64,000 nt of DNA from Tubulanus polymorphus (taxonomy: Eukaryota > Animalia > Nemertea): the NCBI RefSeq assembly GCF_964204645.1, contig NC_134026.1:7525950-7589949 (forward strand). The letters are read 5' to 3'. The first letter of the stretch is position 1. Each line of letters begins with the position of its first letter. Positions 34,903 to 46,829 of this stretch are shown in pieces. Made by a program: the position numbers and the translations under genes. The notes under the pieces are model-generated. The model made no database searches. It saw only the letters and a program-made list of their open reading frames with translations, and was not told where the DNA came from.

Positions 34903-37900
34903 AAGTAACCGAATAGTTCATCTAACCCCCATACCGTGGAGCCCGGGGCCCTCAGAGGGCGCATATCGTGGTTCAAAGTGGTTCCTAGTCCAGGGATCAC
35001 TTAAATAGCCTAAAGCATGGGTAGCGGCACAATATGTATGACACGCAGCTGTGTGTCATCCGGGTCTCCGTGAACTTCTGCTCGTTGAGAGATTGACGAT
35101 TTGATTTATTTAACCAAAGAATTTCTATTAATGAATTCTATTTTTGAATCAATAGAGTTTTCTTCTGTTACCAGTAGAAAAAAGGATAGACAGAGAAGAG
35201 GGGGAGTAAGAGGGGCATTAAAATCGAGGAAAGGGAACAAACACATATCAGATAACTGAGCTTTGTATACGGTCACATTATGTCTAGTTTTGACAGTTTC
35301 GGTTTGCCTTTTCGGAAGCTCGTGTGTATAGTAATAATAGATTCACATGTCAACTCAATAAGGCACAACAAACAAACCACTATACCGGCCATTATAGTCT
35401 GTTCTATAAACACGTCTTTATATTGTTCAAATTTGAAAGTGTTTTAACAGCGGCGACGGTTGTCTCTGAAACGATCGTTTCTTAGGATTAAATTTCGTCC
35501 TTTCTCTTTCATACTCTAGAGTTTATATTTACTCGCAGGAGTCACCAACTCCGGGAGTTATTGTCAATACTACGCCAGAAGAGCTTCACAACAATTTCAG
35601 TAGTAAATTAAGTAAATTCTATTGTTGCCGTTAAACCAACAATACGTTAAACAAGAGTATACAATTTAAACGGCGCTTTTAACTGCGCGTTGTTTGCGGT
35701 TTAAACCCGCACCGAGACGTGAGACGTGTATTCTTTACTGTTGCCGTCTCTTTTGTTGCCAAGTACCGGCGTTAACAACCTCGATAATTCACCAACAATA
35801 CCCGCACAAACAACTACCGCCGCTAATTATGTTAGGTTTAATGTTGACCCTTGCGGGACGCCGCAGCCGTTCCTTCCCGTATCCAAATACCGCATCGATC
35901 CTCATGACGACAACTCTCGCAGTAACATTAATAATAACTCCCGGAGTAAAGCTACAGTCGTTTTATTTACTCCGGGTTTAATGATGATAAACAGATTTAT
36001 AATAATCCCGCTCGTGTCAGAAACATTCCTCACTCGATTGGGAGCCGCTTGAAAATGTTACCACGAGAATAAAGTTTCTTGATCGCTAACGACATCATTT
36101 ATTGATGCGCCGCCGTTTTATTTCAATTTCCGGAAAACGCATCCGTTTAGAAACGGATGTTCAAATCTACAGGAGTCGAATGGGCAATGTTTAGATAAAT
36201 CTCAAATCTTAAATCTTAAATCTTAAAACGTAAAAGCGTAGTCGGATGACGCAGTATATCTCGTATATTGTGTCAGATAAAAAACTCCGTATTGTAAAGA
36301 TTATATAGAATCCCTGTACACTAAGAATTAGAAAGGTCCAAAATGTTTCTCGTGCTGCTGGTTCTTTATTTCCACGTTTCGACTTTCCCTAATAGTCATC
36401 GAAGACTTTTGACGAAATACTTTGAGTACGTGTTGTAAAATGTGTATAATCCCACAATAAGAAATATAAAATGAATAGAATCCTGTTAACTGCTTAATTA
36501 CTCTCTCTGTTCTGGAGTCTCTCTGTATCTCATCACTTTGCTATTTTTGTATTCCTGAAGATTACTTTTAGGATGAAGTCAAAATGTCGAAATGATTTAT
36601 ATTCTTAGTGTGCAGGGATTTCATATCATTGCGTCACATTATTTGAAAAAAAAAAAATTCGATTCATGGATATTCTAACAGATAAACATGTCACTTGTGT
36701 GTTGAACTATGAAACCTGTGTAAACACACAACACCGAAGACAGCGAGACGCAGAGGTTAACCTCTAACCTATATCACCTCCCGTTACCTCTCTCTATTGC
36801 CTCCTCGGGCGTAGATTACATCAATCTTTTGTAACCCGGACAAGACAATAATTAATCACGTTAAATATCATTGATTTACAATTGCTTAATCTATTCTCAA
36901 CGCGAACACTCGACGGCGAATGTATTTGAAAGGTGCTTTATATCGTCTCCTCGCTGGGATATTGTTCGCTATTGTTCCAGCCACTTCAGTTTAGCAACCT
37001 TATCACCAGCATCTGACTCTGCGAGTGCTAGCGGTTACAGCCAGTCTATAAGCGCTTATAACAGAATCAGTACCGATTAATGAATTAGATTAGATATTAA
37101 TGGAAGTGTCAGGAATGTATGATTTTGAGATATTGGATGGGATGAAAGTTGAGAGATGCCGTCAGCATGATCAGACTAAAGGATTAGAGAGATGAGAGGG
37201 AGAGGGGGCGTGAAGGGGGAAGGGGAAGCGCAGATACTGTCAATAATCTCTGAAACCGATGGTCTATTTATAGAACATTAAAGTAATAATAATTAACAAC
37301 GAAGAAACTACGTATGAAAATGTAATATTTTGTATCCATTGTTGTATTGTTGCATTTTTAAATCGATAAAATTGCTATATATGCATATAGGACGCATATC
37401 GGTTTGCATACAAATGGCGGCTTTAAAACCGAACTCGTTTTTATAGCAGACGTAAGGTGCGATCTGGGGCAGAGTTTCAACCTTAAGCATCATTTCACAT
37501 TTATTAATGTTGAATATCTTCGCGAACTTCCTCTGAAAACATCGTCATGAATAAAGAATAAAAATGCCATCTAATAAAAGATGTAATACGTCAAAATTAA
37601 CCAGTTAACCGCCCGTCCTCTCATCGGCTGCTAGCGAGTGTTCTGCTATTTTATGCTGTTTTAGTTTATGATGATTTTCTGGTCAATAAACTTCGTCGTT
37701 TCATTGTGATATTTAGCGCGACAAATCTGATTACACCGCCAACGGTAGTGGCGGATCGGCGTAGACTCGATGGAGGGTATAATGATATCACAGCTCATCT
37801 CATCCTGCCCCATTAACCATCAACACGGCGCCTGTCAGTGTGTGAAAGCGAAGAGAAGCCGGTGATATTACTATTGACCGATATGACCGGACTTGTCGCC

Positions 37901-38299
37901 GTTAACGCGTAAAACTTGACAAATTTGTATCGCGGCCAATAGAACGAGCCGTTAGGAAACAATGGACACGACGGTTCCTCGCGTATCCTCGCGACCGTAT
38001 CTAAGCACCGCGACGGCGGCTATCATTATTTATGCAATATAATGTAGTTTTTGATTATGAAACGATCTCATATCGCATCTCTAATCAATTATCAATTATA
38101 GCAAGCCTCGATGAGTTTTCTGTGACAATTCGAGGGAGTTTTATTGAGAATTGCTGCCAGTGAAATGAGCCACGTAAGATTCCGCGATGCGTTAAATACA
38201 TCTCATACTCTCTGTTTTTCTTCTCGCCGGAACAACCGACATCAACATGTTCCTCTAATATCTGTCAAAATATCACATCAGCTCGTTAATTAACAATCA

Positions 38300-38535
38300 T
38301 ACACTCCCCCTTGTGGCAATGATCCATACTACACCCACTAGTAACGGTGGCTCATACACTCACCCTTTGGCAGCAAACATAACATCCCCCCATTGTACAC
38401 TTTCATCCTAGCAGCGGCAGTCCATGCTATAAGCCCCCTAGCGGCAGTGGAAAAAACTACACCTTCTACAAGTAGGAGGTTGGCGGTGGTACACATCCCC
38501 CTCGCGGTGGTGGCTCATACTAAAATCCCCCTGGA
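38300..38535 (-). repeat. Degenerate ~29-bp minisatellite of CTCF-like motifs; paralogs at 47570-47800 and 55480-55710
   Basis: Minus-strand cores include GCCACAAGGGGGAG, GCCGCTAGGGGGCT and CCGCGAGGGGGA. Confidence 0.7.
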
Positions 38536-39129
38536 CGATCTACACTCTTCCGGTCAATTCTCCCTCATTGGTGCTGAAATTGTTCACAGCAAATTGATGA
38601 TAATCCTCTCATCAGTTCGTTTGCGGGGTTCAGTACATCTTGCGAATCCCCCCCTAAATGCAAACCCGGTGCAGGGATGAATGTATGGATAATGAAAATT
38701 ATTAAGTTGACTAAATATCATTCATTCATTCACGTATTGAGTTGATTTATAGAGCGACTTCGATGCTAATGTAATTTGTAAGAAAGTTTAGTTCCACTCT
38801 CTGTTGAAAAGACGTGTGCCGTGCCCGCTCGTGTGTGCGTCAGGCGTGTGCCTCAACTCAACCGATAAACGCGAGGATAATCCGCGATCGAATCCATCGA
38901 TCAAAATACTTCGAGTTCTAAGACGTTTAATTTCATTGGGTTGATTGTTATCTGACGGGAAACAATGGTAGTCCGGTTGTCACTGGTGATACGGGTATTT
39001 AACACATCGTTATTCTACATCCGGGTATTTTACTCTTCCGTTTAATAGAGGATAAAAATTTGAATATTTATTTTTCCAATTCGCTTGAAAAAAATGAGAA
39101 ATTCCTGAGCGGTTGCTTGCTTGAAACAA

Positions 39130-39363
39130 TATATAGAATCACTGAGAGACAAAACGATAAGATAGTTAGCGTAGGATAAACTACGGAATCTGCGACTTAT
39201 TACTATCAGGAAAGTAGCTGAATTTCCGAAGGCTCCGAACAGGAACGCGATTGGCAGAACGACCATGTTACACAGTACGGTAGATTCTAGACGTGTTCAC
39301 CACATACTTGAGAATTATGTTACTGCTGTAAATTCGACCGATTTGCGTCCGAGTTGAATTCAT
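39130..39363 (-). pseudogene. Family-1 GPCR 5' fragment (N-terminus to TM2), frameshifted
   Basis: ATG AAT TCA ACT at 39363; VVLPIAFLFGAFGNSATFLIVISRRFRSLSYANYLIVLSLSD, after which homology stops. Confidence 0.88.
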
Positions 39364-40071
39364 GATTCACGATGATCAAATGAGTGTACCGACTGTCAGT
39401 TTGAGAGTGTACTGACTGTCTGAGACCTGAGTGTACTGGAACTGAACGTGTCTTCTCGACTATTGAAAAATTGATTCAACCTTAATAAAGAAATATCATT
39501 AAAGTGTTTATTGTGTAAAAATGAATTAAGCTAAATTAAGTTAAAATATTCGTTGTCCAAGAATTTATTGTAAATTGTGAACTATGTTATAGTAAAACAT
39601 CTGAAAATGTACACACTGTTTATGTCGAGGTTAGAAAGAGACATTTCAAACACACCCAGAATACTGTTCTCTGTTCACATATTACTCAATTCAATTCTAG
39701 AGTAAAAAACTTAACGGCCAACCGTGGAACTTAGTTCCGAAGCACTTGAATTACGAAAAGAAAAGTTTCTAAAAATCCATGATACTTCTTACAAAAATAT
39801 CCAAAATCTCAGCTCCTTAACCCTAACCCTAGCTGAGCCTGCCCCCGGGTCCTCTCGCCTCCAAGTTTTGTTAGTCAGTACGGTCAGCGTGGTAGTTAGC
39901 AGTTAGCAGCGGTGACCAGTCAGGTGTGGTTACTCTTCCCCACTAAAGATACCCGCCCTGATTACACCGGTCAAATCCAATCGCGAGGAATTTTCATAGG
40001 CAATTCTAGTCATGTTCTAGGGAAAACACAAATTTGTACACAATGACGTGAAGCAAACTTGAAATCAATGG

Positions 40072-41027
40072 TTATTTGTCTGAATTCCTACAGCGGATTT
40101 TCATACAGAAATATTCACGAATTTCTCGTCCCAGTAAAAGATATATGTAGAAGTTTACCACATAGTTACACATATGAAAATGGGCAAAAATGTCATGTAG
40201 AAAATGTCGATCCTTCGGTGATATCGGTAACAATACAGTAATAGTATTTGGAAGTGTGAACATGGCAAATGCGAGTGAAACTGTTACAAGCATTATTGTT
40301 GTACGTTTTGATTTTGTAGTTTTCTGATCAGACGAAACCATTTTTGAACCTCTGAATAACTGAACTATTATAACAGAATTTGATGTAATAATTAAAGCTA
40401 ACGGTATAATATACGCGTGGATGACAATTATGGTAAAACGCATTATTTGGTCAAATAATTTATAGTAACAACCAAAAAGCTGGTCGGAGAAATGTAGCGA
40501 CAAAATAGGTGTTAGATACAGAACTAGTGCGTTCACTGTAATGACTATCAATATAGTAAATCTAGCGAATAACGGTGTACATATCAAACGAGATGTGAAC
40601 GGGAAGAGCACAACCGACACACGTTCTAGAGGTATAACTACTATCAACCACGCACTGTTGCAGGTAGCAAGTGCCATCAAAAACTCAAAAAATAAATTTT
40701 ACAACTGATCAGTGAATTCATGATGAATATAGGAGCATTTTCAACGTGGAAGAGAACAAACTGTAAAACAGGGATCAGTGTAAAATTGATACAGAACATG
40801 GAATCACTGACTGACAGAACGATAAGATAGTAAGCGTAAGATAAACTGCGGAATCTACAACTTATCATTATCAGGAAAGTAGCTGAATTTCCGAAGGCTC
40901 CAAATATGAACACAATAGAAAGAATGACCAATAAAATAATACGGTAGGTTCCAGATCTGTTCACCACAGACATGATAACTATGTTACTGGGATAAGCACG
41001 ACCAATTCGAATCTGAGTAGAATTCAT
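40072..41027 (-). pseudogene. Family-1 GPCR, full length but with a single frameshift at ~40680-40695
   Basis: ORFs 40677-41027 and 40072-40680 together cover the whole 7TM. The span is 956 nt versus 951 nt in the intact copy; the extra 5 nt fall in a T-run. Confidence 0.85.
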
Positions 41028-42147
41028 GATTCATGATGATCAGATGAGAGTGTACTGACTGTTTGAGAGTGTACTGATTGTCTGAGAATGTTCTGGAACT
41101 GACCGTATCTTCTCGCGTATTGGAAAATTAATTCTACTTGAATATAAAGACATCATTAAATTCTTTATTTCATCTAGAACTCATTTTTAGAATGTATTGT
41201 TAACAGTAAACAGAAAACCAATTCTCAGAAATCTGACACAATTTACTCAGAGTTTGTGAAAGTTTATTATTGTGTGAAATATAAATATAACTAAATTACA
41301 TATTAACAATATTCGTTGTTCAATGCTTCATTGTGAATGGTGAAGCCAGGAGTTATCAATTCTGTATTACAAAAGAAAATTGTTTCCATTTTCCATCAAA
41401 CAGCTAAAAGGTTCACGCCCACGCCTCCGCTTCAAGGACCGATTGAATCGGTTTTTACGAGCCCAAAAAATTCCGTTTTAAATTTTTGAATAATAACAAT
41501 ATTCTAACTTGTAATTAGACGTATTTGTTTATTGATCGTCGTTAAGGCTGAATATAAACATTAAACACCCATTAAAATAACTCGTTATACTGTTTACACG
41601 ATCGATAATTAATGGCGGCTTTAGTTAGAAGCCATTTCACAAGGATCAACTTACATCTCTACAAAACCATGAATCAATTTACATCGAATTAATTAGAGTA
41701 TTTAAACTATCATCCGCATATTGACACTGGCAATTATTAAGACGCACGATCCTAACTTCGCTGTTTAAATATGTTTTAAGCAGTACGGGTTACACTAGAG
41801 CTTTGCGGAGCTGTTTGGAGTTTGTTTAAAGTGATGTTTGGTGCTCGCGCTCTGATATCGATGACATAGTTGTAACTGAGCGAGTAGAGTAACACAGTCG
41901 GTAGCAACCCGCACTGAACCCAACCTCAGGTTCAATGATGACTCGTGTGTATGATACGGTAACACAGTCCCCGCAGACAAACACTGGTGCTCTATACGAC
42001 CACGAGGTCACCACACGTTCTCCAAACATCGCCATTTACTTCAGATAATTATATTTCCGGTCAGTAAAAATAACGACCAGAGTCTGGTTTCACGAACACG
42101 TCTTAGCCGAAAAATTATTGAATTAGAATTTTCGGCCTCATAGAAAA

Positions 42148-42363
42148 CTACGGAAGCATCCTGGGGATATATCTATCAAAAAAATTTTTTCCGAGGTTAA
42201 TTCTGAATTTGTAACTCGGAATTATATAGTTTTCTCAGTTGAATGTGATTTGGAGGTTAATTCCGAGTTTGTAACTCGTAATAAACTTTTAAGCATTTAA
42301 CTTTACAAACTCGGAATTAACCTCGAAATTTTCTTTTAAAATATATATGTCCTTGTTCCGTAG
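42148..42363. mobile_element. 216-bp TIR element (CTACGG...CCGTAG) with AAAA TSD, nested inside a MITE
   Basis: ~60-bp imperfect TIRs containing 'cgaggttaatt(c)cgagtttgtaa'; AAAA at 42144-42147 and 42364-42367; empty site 'catcgaaaac' in paralogs at ~48810 and ~52616. Confidence 0.78.
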
Positions 42364-43257
42364 AAAACACAAAAATACAACAAAAGAAACTAAAGCGAAA
42401 ATGTGAGTTTATTTTTTTTCGTGAAAAACTGGATGGTTCCGATAGAATATGATTGTAATAGTAATTTATCTAAACGACGCTGGAATCTTGTTTCACCGTG
42501 ATGTTATTACCGGAAAACGGATAATAAATCTTTAAGTATAATCATGGATTCTTCGCATTGACGTCGTTTATTTAGTTTTCACAAAATTTTTAGGTATATC
42601 GTATATCTACAATTCAGAATAGAAAGACTAGCTCAGCAATATTGCGAAGTGAGCATATTCATATAAGACGCGTGCATTGAATACAGGCATACGTATTTAC
42701 ATAATGGAATAGTGAATATAAGTGAAATTAAACTAGATATAAAGATGGAAAAATTGATGGGTGCGAATATAGGAAAGAGTAGATCAAAGGACTAATTATG
42801 TATTGAGTATTAACCGAATAGTAGAGGCATTATAAAGAAGATGAGAGGGCCGTGTTTACCTGGTTAAGAATACGTAAAGCGACACTGATAGTACTTTATA
42901 GGTTAACAGGGTTTATTTGAAGTAAACAGGTAATCCTACAATACGTTTATAGTTTAAGGAATTGAGAAGTAAATTAATTGTTGTATTAAATGTGTTATAA
43001 TTTCTAGTGGGATTTTATATCATTTTGCAGAAGGTCTTTTATCTCTTTTCTTGTTCTATCCACGTGATATCATTCATTACAAAACTCACTAAGTCGTCAC
43101 CAGAGTTCAAATTCGGGTATTTTCTTCAGACACAGGGTTCCTCAGTCAACTCACCACTTGGAAGACAAATTTTTGTTATAATTTTGCTCTGTAGATAAAA
43201 TCCCCACAACATTCTACAGTAAAATCAATTCTGATGTTTCTTGCTTATGGCAATATT

Positions 43258-44361
43258 TTAATTTCGGTGACGTTTGCATCGATGTTGGATGACAATTCTT
43301 CCTCTGAAAGCTGGAATTGTGTGTAAATATATGAAAAAATTAGTGCGATAAACTAATTTACGTGGAGTAGTGAATATCCCATGTGTTAAATGAAATGGTA
43401 GAGAAATATCCGTAGAGACGTTGAAAGTACGAAAAACATTTTCAAGGAACCGACCAATTTCATAGGGTGAAACTAAAAATACATAGGACATTACTATATA
43501 AAGCATAGTTTTGTTACCTCTGTTAGTCACGCGTTTGTTTGAGAGGCAGCTTATTCTAGCAGTTAACACTGATAAACATAATATCATTATACATGGAATT
43601 GTGCCTCGTAATGCAACGGTTATTGTACTTAATCCAAGCGAAACAGTATAGCTATCACGGCTTCGTTTAGCTATTTCATGAGCTAGCTCTGAGCAACATG
43701 TTATATTTCTACAAGTTCTAATAACGACATAAAAACCATTGTTGTGAGATGAAGATAGCGCCAGTGTAAATAACGTTGCTAGCATTCTCTTATGGTTTGT
43801 GACGTATTGTTTGTGGAAAAACGGTTTTTTTATTGCTAGTAACCTTTCAATAGCCATAACTACAACAATCCAGTTAGAAAAAGAGACCGACAAATTGATA
43901 ATCAGACCAGTGAATTGTCTCATACAAGAATGCACATATCGCCATGATCTTAACCAATTGAAGTTTGATACGAATCGTGCAAGACCTGCGTGAACTGGAC
44001 ACAGCGCGGACTTAAAACCTGTTGGAAACACGTCAATTGTACTGCATTTCTCTGGTGAACGAAGAAACTTTATACGCATTACCACGTGACGCACGGACGA
44101 GGCATATACGTCAAGTTGATAAAGAATGAATATCTGATCAGATATCGCTAGTGAAAGCAAATAAATGAACGTAGCACGAACTGAACGAGATTTACGACAC
44201 CGAAATAATGTTACAATAGTAGTGAAATTCAAGCAGGCAAACACTGGGTCTAAAAAACCTACAAAGTACCTCATTTCATCGTTAAAATTGAAAATCTGCA
44301 ATATTAGAACTGTGGATAGATAATCTTTTCTGTCGGCATCGGTGAGATTTCGTGCAGCCAT
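43258..44361 (-). CDS. Intronless class-A GPCR, family 2, 367 aa (orphan, chemoreceptor-like)
   Basis: TM1 CLN, TM2 LSLAISD, TM3 SNWIVVVMAIERLLAIKKP, TM5 IPC, TM6 FLVSP, TM7 TNFFIY and helix-8 PAFR. Confidence 0.9.
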   Translation of the reverse strand: MAARNLTDADRKDYLSTVLILQIFNFNDEMRYFVGFLDPVFACLNFTTIVTLFRCRKSRSVRATFIYLLSLAISDQIFILYQLDVYASSVRHVVMRIKFLRSPEKCSTIDVFPTGFKSALCPVHAGLARFVSNFNWLRSWRYVHSCMRQFTGLIINLSVSFSNWIVVVMAIERLLAIKKPFFHKQYVTNHKRMLATLFTLALSSSHNNGFYVVIRTCRNITCCSELAHEIAKRSRDSYTVSLGLSTITVALRGTIPCIMILCLSVLTARISCLSNKRVTNRGNKTMLYIVMSYVFLVSPYEIGRFLENVFRTFNVSTDISLPFHLTHGIFTTPRKLVYRTNFFIYLHTIPAFRGRIVIQHRCKRHRN

Positions 44362-45698
44362 AATTTGACCACGGAGCTGGAAGAAGTTGCGGTCGCAGAG
44401 TTCAATAACTGCGTTTATTCACAGGTAGCGAGAGTCAGTCGCATCTATTTAATCTCATCACATTTTCCCTGATTCCTCTCCGGATCATTTATCAACACAC
44501 ATAGCTATATACACATAAGTCAAGTTTCACAGAAATTGAAATGATAGAAACAAAATTTTCCTCACAAACTGCACTCAACACGATATAGATATTGACCAAA
44601 CAGATGACAGTATCAGTTATAAAAGAGTTGATTTAATTATGTTTCAAGTGTAGAATATATTCTGCTAAAACCATTCCTTCAATATCATACTCAGTTTACT
44701 AATGTGCTTTTACAACATTCGTAAATCAAATTATGTTTATGAGTGAGAAAGTGCAGACACGACAAATTTTCATTTGTGGAGACTGATTATTAAAATCTGC
44801 TGACTGTTTATTATCGAAAAGAAACTGAAGTGAAAATAAGTAGAGTTTAGATATTTTGCCGAAACCGGACCTGGTTAAAGATGGAACGTGATTTTTCTGA
44901 ATTCGAATGACGTTTTGAAATTTGTGGAATACATACGTACTTTGATTTGATATCATCTGAACGTATAGACATATATGAAACACTCTGAGACCGTGTTGTA
45001 AAGAAGATCATGAACTAAACAAGTTTATAAAAGGGGTAAAAACTAAATTACGTATTACGATATTTTGTGAAAATCTGAATATTAGAGGGAATTAATCAAT
45101 GAGTGAAAATCAACGTAAGAGTGTTGATTGAATCAATGGGCAAATTATGTATTGAGCCTTTTTAAATCTCAAAATAGGGATTGTCCCTATTATCTATCTT
45201 TTTGGTAGTTTTGATTTGGTGTCCATTAAAAACCCACCACACCTGCCAGGAATGAAACAAGGGGTTTTGAAATCGGAAATCTAAGTGCAGTTCAAGTTGT
45301 GTGTTCGATATTCGATTTAGAAAAATATGTATAATTGCACAGGAATTAAGAAGTTTTATTTTTAATTGGTTTTTATATAATTCTGACTTTTGTTGCAGAA
45401 TTGCAAGTTTTATTCCCAATTAGATTTTGTATCGTTTTGTAGAAGGTCTTTTATTTCTTTTCTTGTTCATTCCACGTCCATCACGCAATCAGCGTTCATG
45501 TGATCTGCAAATTTTCTCCAGTAATTCAGAATGTCAGGTTTATTTTCAAGTTACTCAAGTTCAAAATCAGTTCTTTTTTAAAGACAAGACTCATCACTGG
45601 GAAGACAAGTTTTGTTATGATCTTCCCTTGAAGAAAACATTCCCCACAACATTCCACAGTAAAATTGATTTCGGTGTTTCTTGTTTATGAAGATAATA

Positions 45699-46829
45699 CT
45701 AATTTCGGTGACGTTTGCATCGAATTTTGATTAGAATTTGTTCTCTGAAAGCTGGAATCGTGTGTAAATATATGAAGAAATTAGTGCGATAAATCAATTC
45801 ACGTGGAGTAGCGAATATCTCATACGTTAATTAAACTGTTAGGGAGAATTGCTCGGGGACGTTCAAATTACGCAAGGTACGCAACGCTTTATCGAGGAAA
45901 ATACCAATCTCATAGGGTGAAACTAAAAACACAGACGACATTACTATATAAAGCATAGCTTTGTTACCTCTGTTAGTCACGTGTTTGTTTGAGAGGCAGC
46001 TTATTTTAGCAGTTAACACTGATAAACATAAAATGATTATACACGGAATTGTGCCTTTTAGTGCAACGGTTATTGTTTCAAATGTATACCGAACACCATG
46101 TTTATCCCCACTTCGTCCAGCTATTTCATCACCTAAACCTTTGCAACATGTTCGATTATTTCGACAAGTTTTAATAATGGTATAAAAACTTTTGTTGTGA
46201 GATAAAGATATTGCCAGTGTAAATAACGTTGCTAGCATTCTCTTGTAGTTTGTGACGTATTGTTTGTGAAGAAACGGTTTTTTTATCGCCAATAACCTTT
46301 CAGCTGCCATCGTAACAACAATCCAGTTAGAAAAGGAGACCGGCAAATCTCGTATTAGACCTGTGAGTATTTTCATACAAGAATCGAAAGGAACATATCG
46401 CCATGAACTTAACTTCCTGAAGTTTGATACGAATCGTGCGAGACCTGAATGAACTGGACACAGCGTGGACTTAAAACCTGTTGGCGTTTCCAACAGGTCG
46501 TCAATTCTACTGCATTTCTCTGGTGAACGAAGAAACTTTATACGCATAACCACGTGACGCACGGACGAGGCATATAAGTCAAATTGATAAAGAATGAATA
46601 TCTGATCGGATATCGCTAGTGAAAGCAAATAAATGAACGTAGCGCGAACTGAACGAGATTTACGACACCGAATAAATGTGACAATATTAGTGAAATTCAA
46701 GCACGCGAATATGGGATCAAAAAAACCTACGAAGTACCTCATTTCATTGTTGAAATTGTAGATTTTCGATATTCGGATTATGGATTGGTACTCGTTACTA
46801 TTGGAATCGGTGAAATTTCGTGAATCCAT
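45699..46829 (-). pseudogene. Family-2 GPCR with a single premature stop (TAT>TAA at 45831-45833) that removes TM7 and helix 8
   Basis: First ATG (MDSRNF) at 46829. The frame continues 44 codons past the stop to the paralogous TAG at 45699-45701; paralogs have Tyr at this position. Confidence 0.87.

Noticed and set aside
35694-36052. Two overlapping 95-108 aa ORFs as a gene
   Set aside because: Non-ATG starts, no recognisable domain, no convincing splice framework.
39817-39831. TAACCCTAACCCTA as an interstitial telomere
   Set aside because: Only two units, adjacent to a repeat fragment; too short to be meaningful.
45427-45690. Recurrent small plus-strand ORF 'QNQFFFKDKTHHWEDKFCYDLP' (also 49531, 53342)
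   Set aside because: Recurs only because the GPCR 3' flank was recently duplicated; starts are non-ATG and upstream frames differ between copies.
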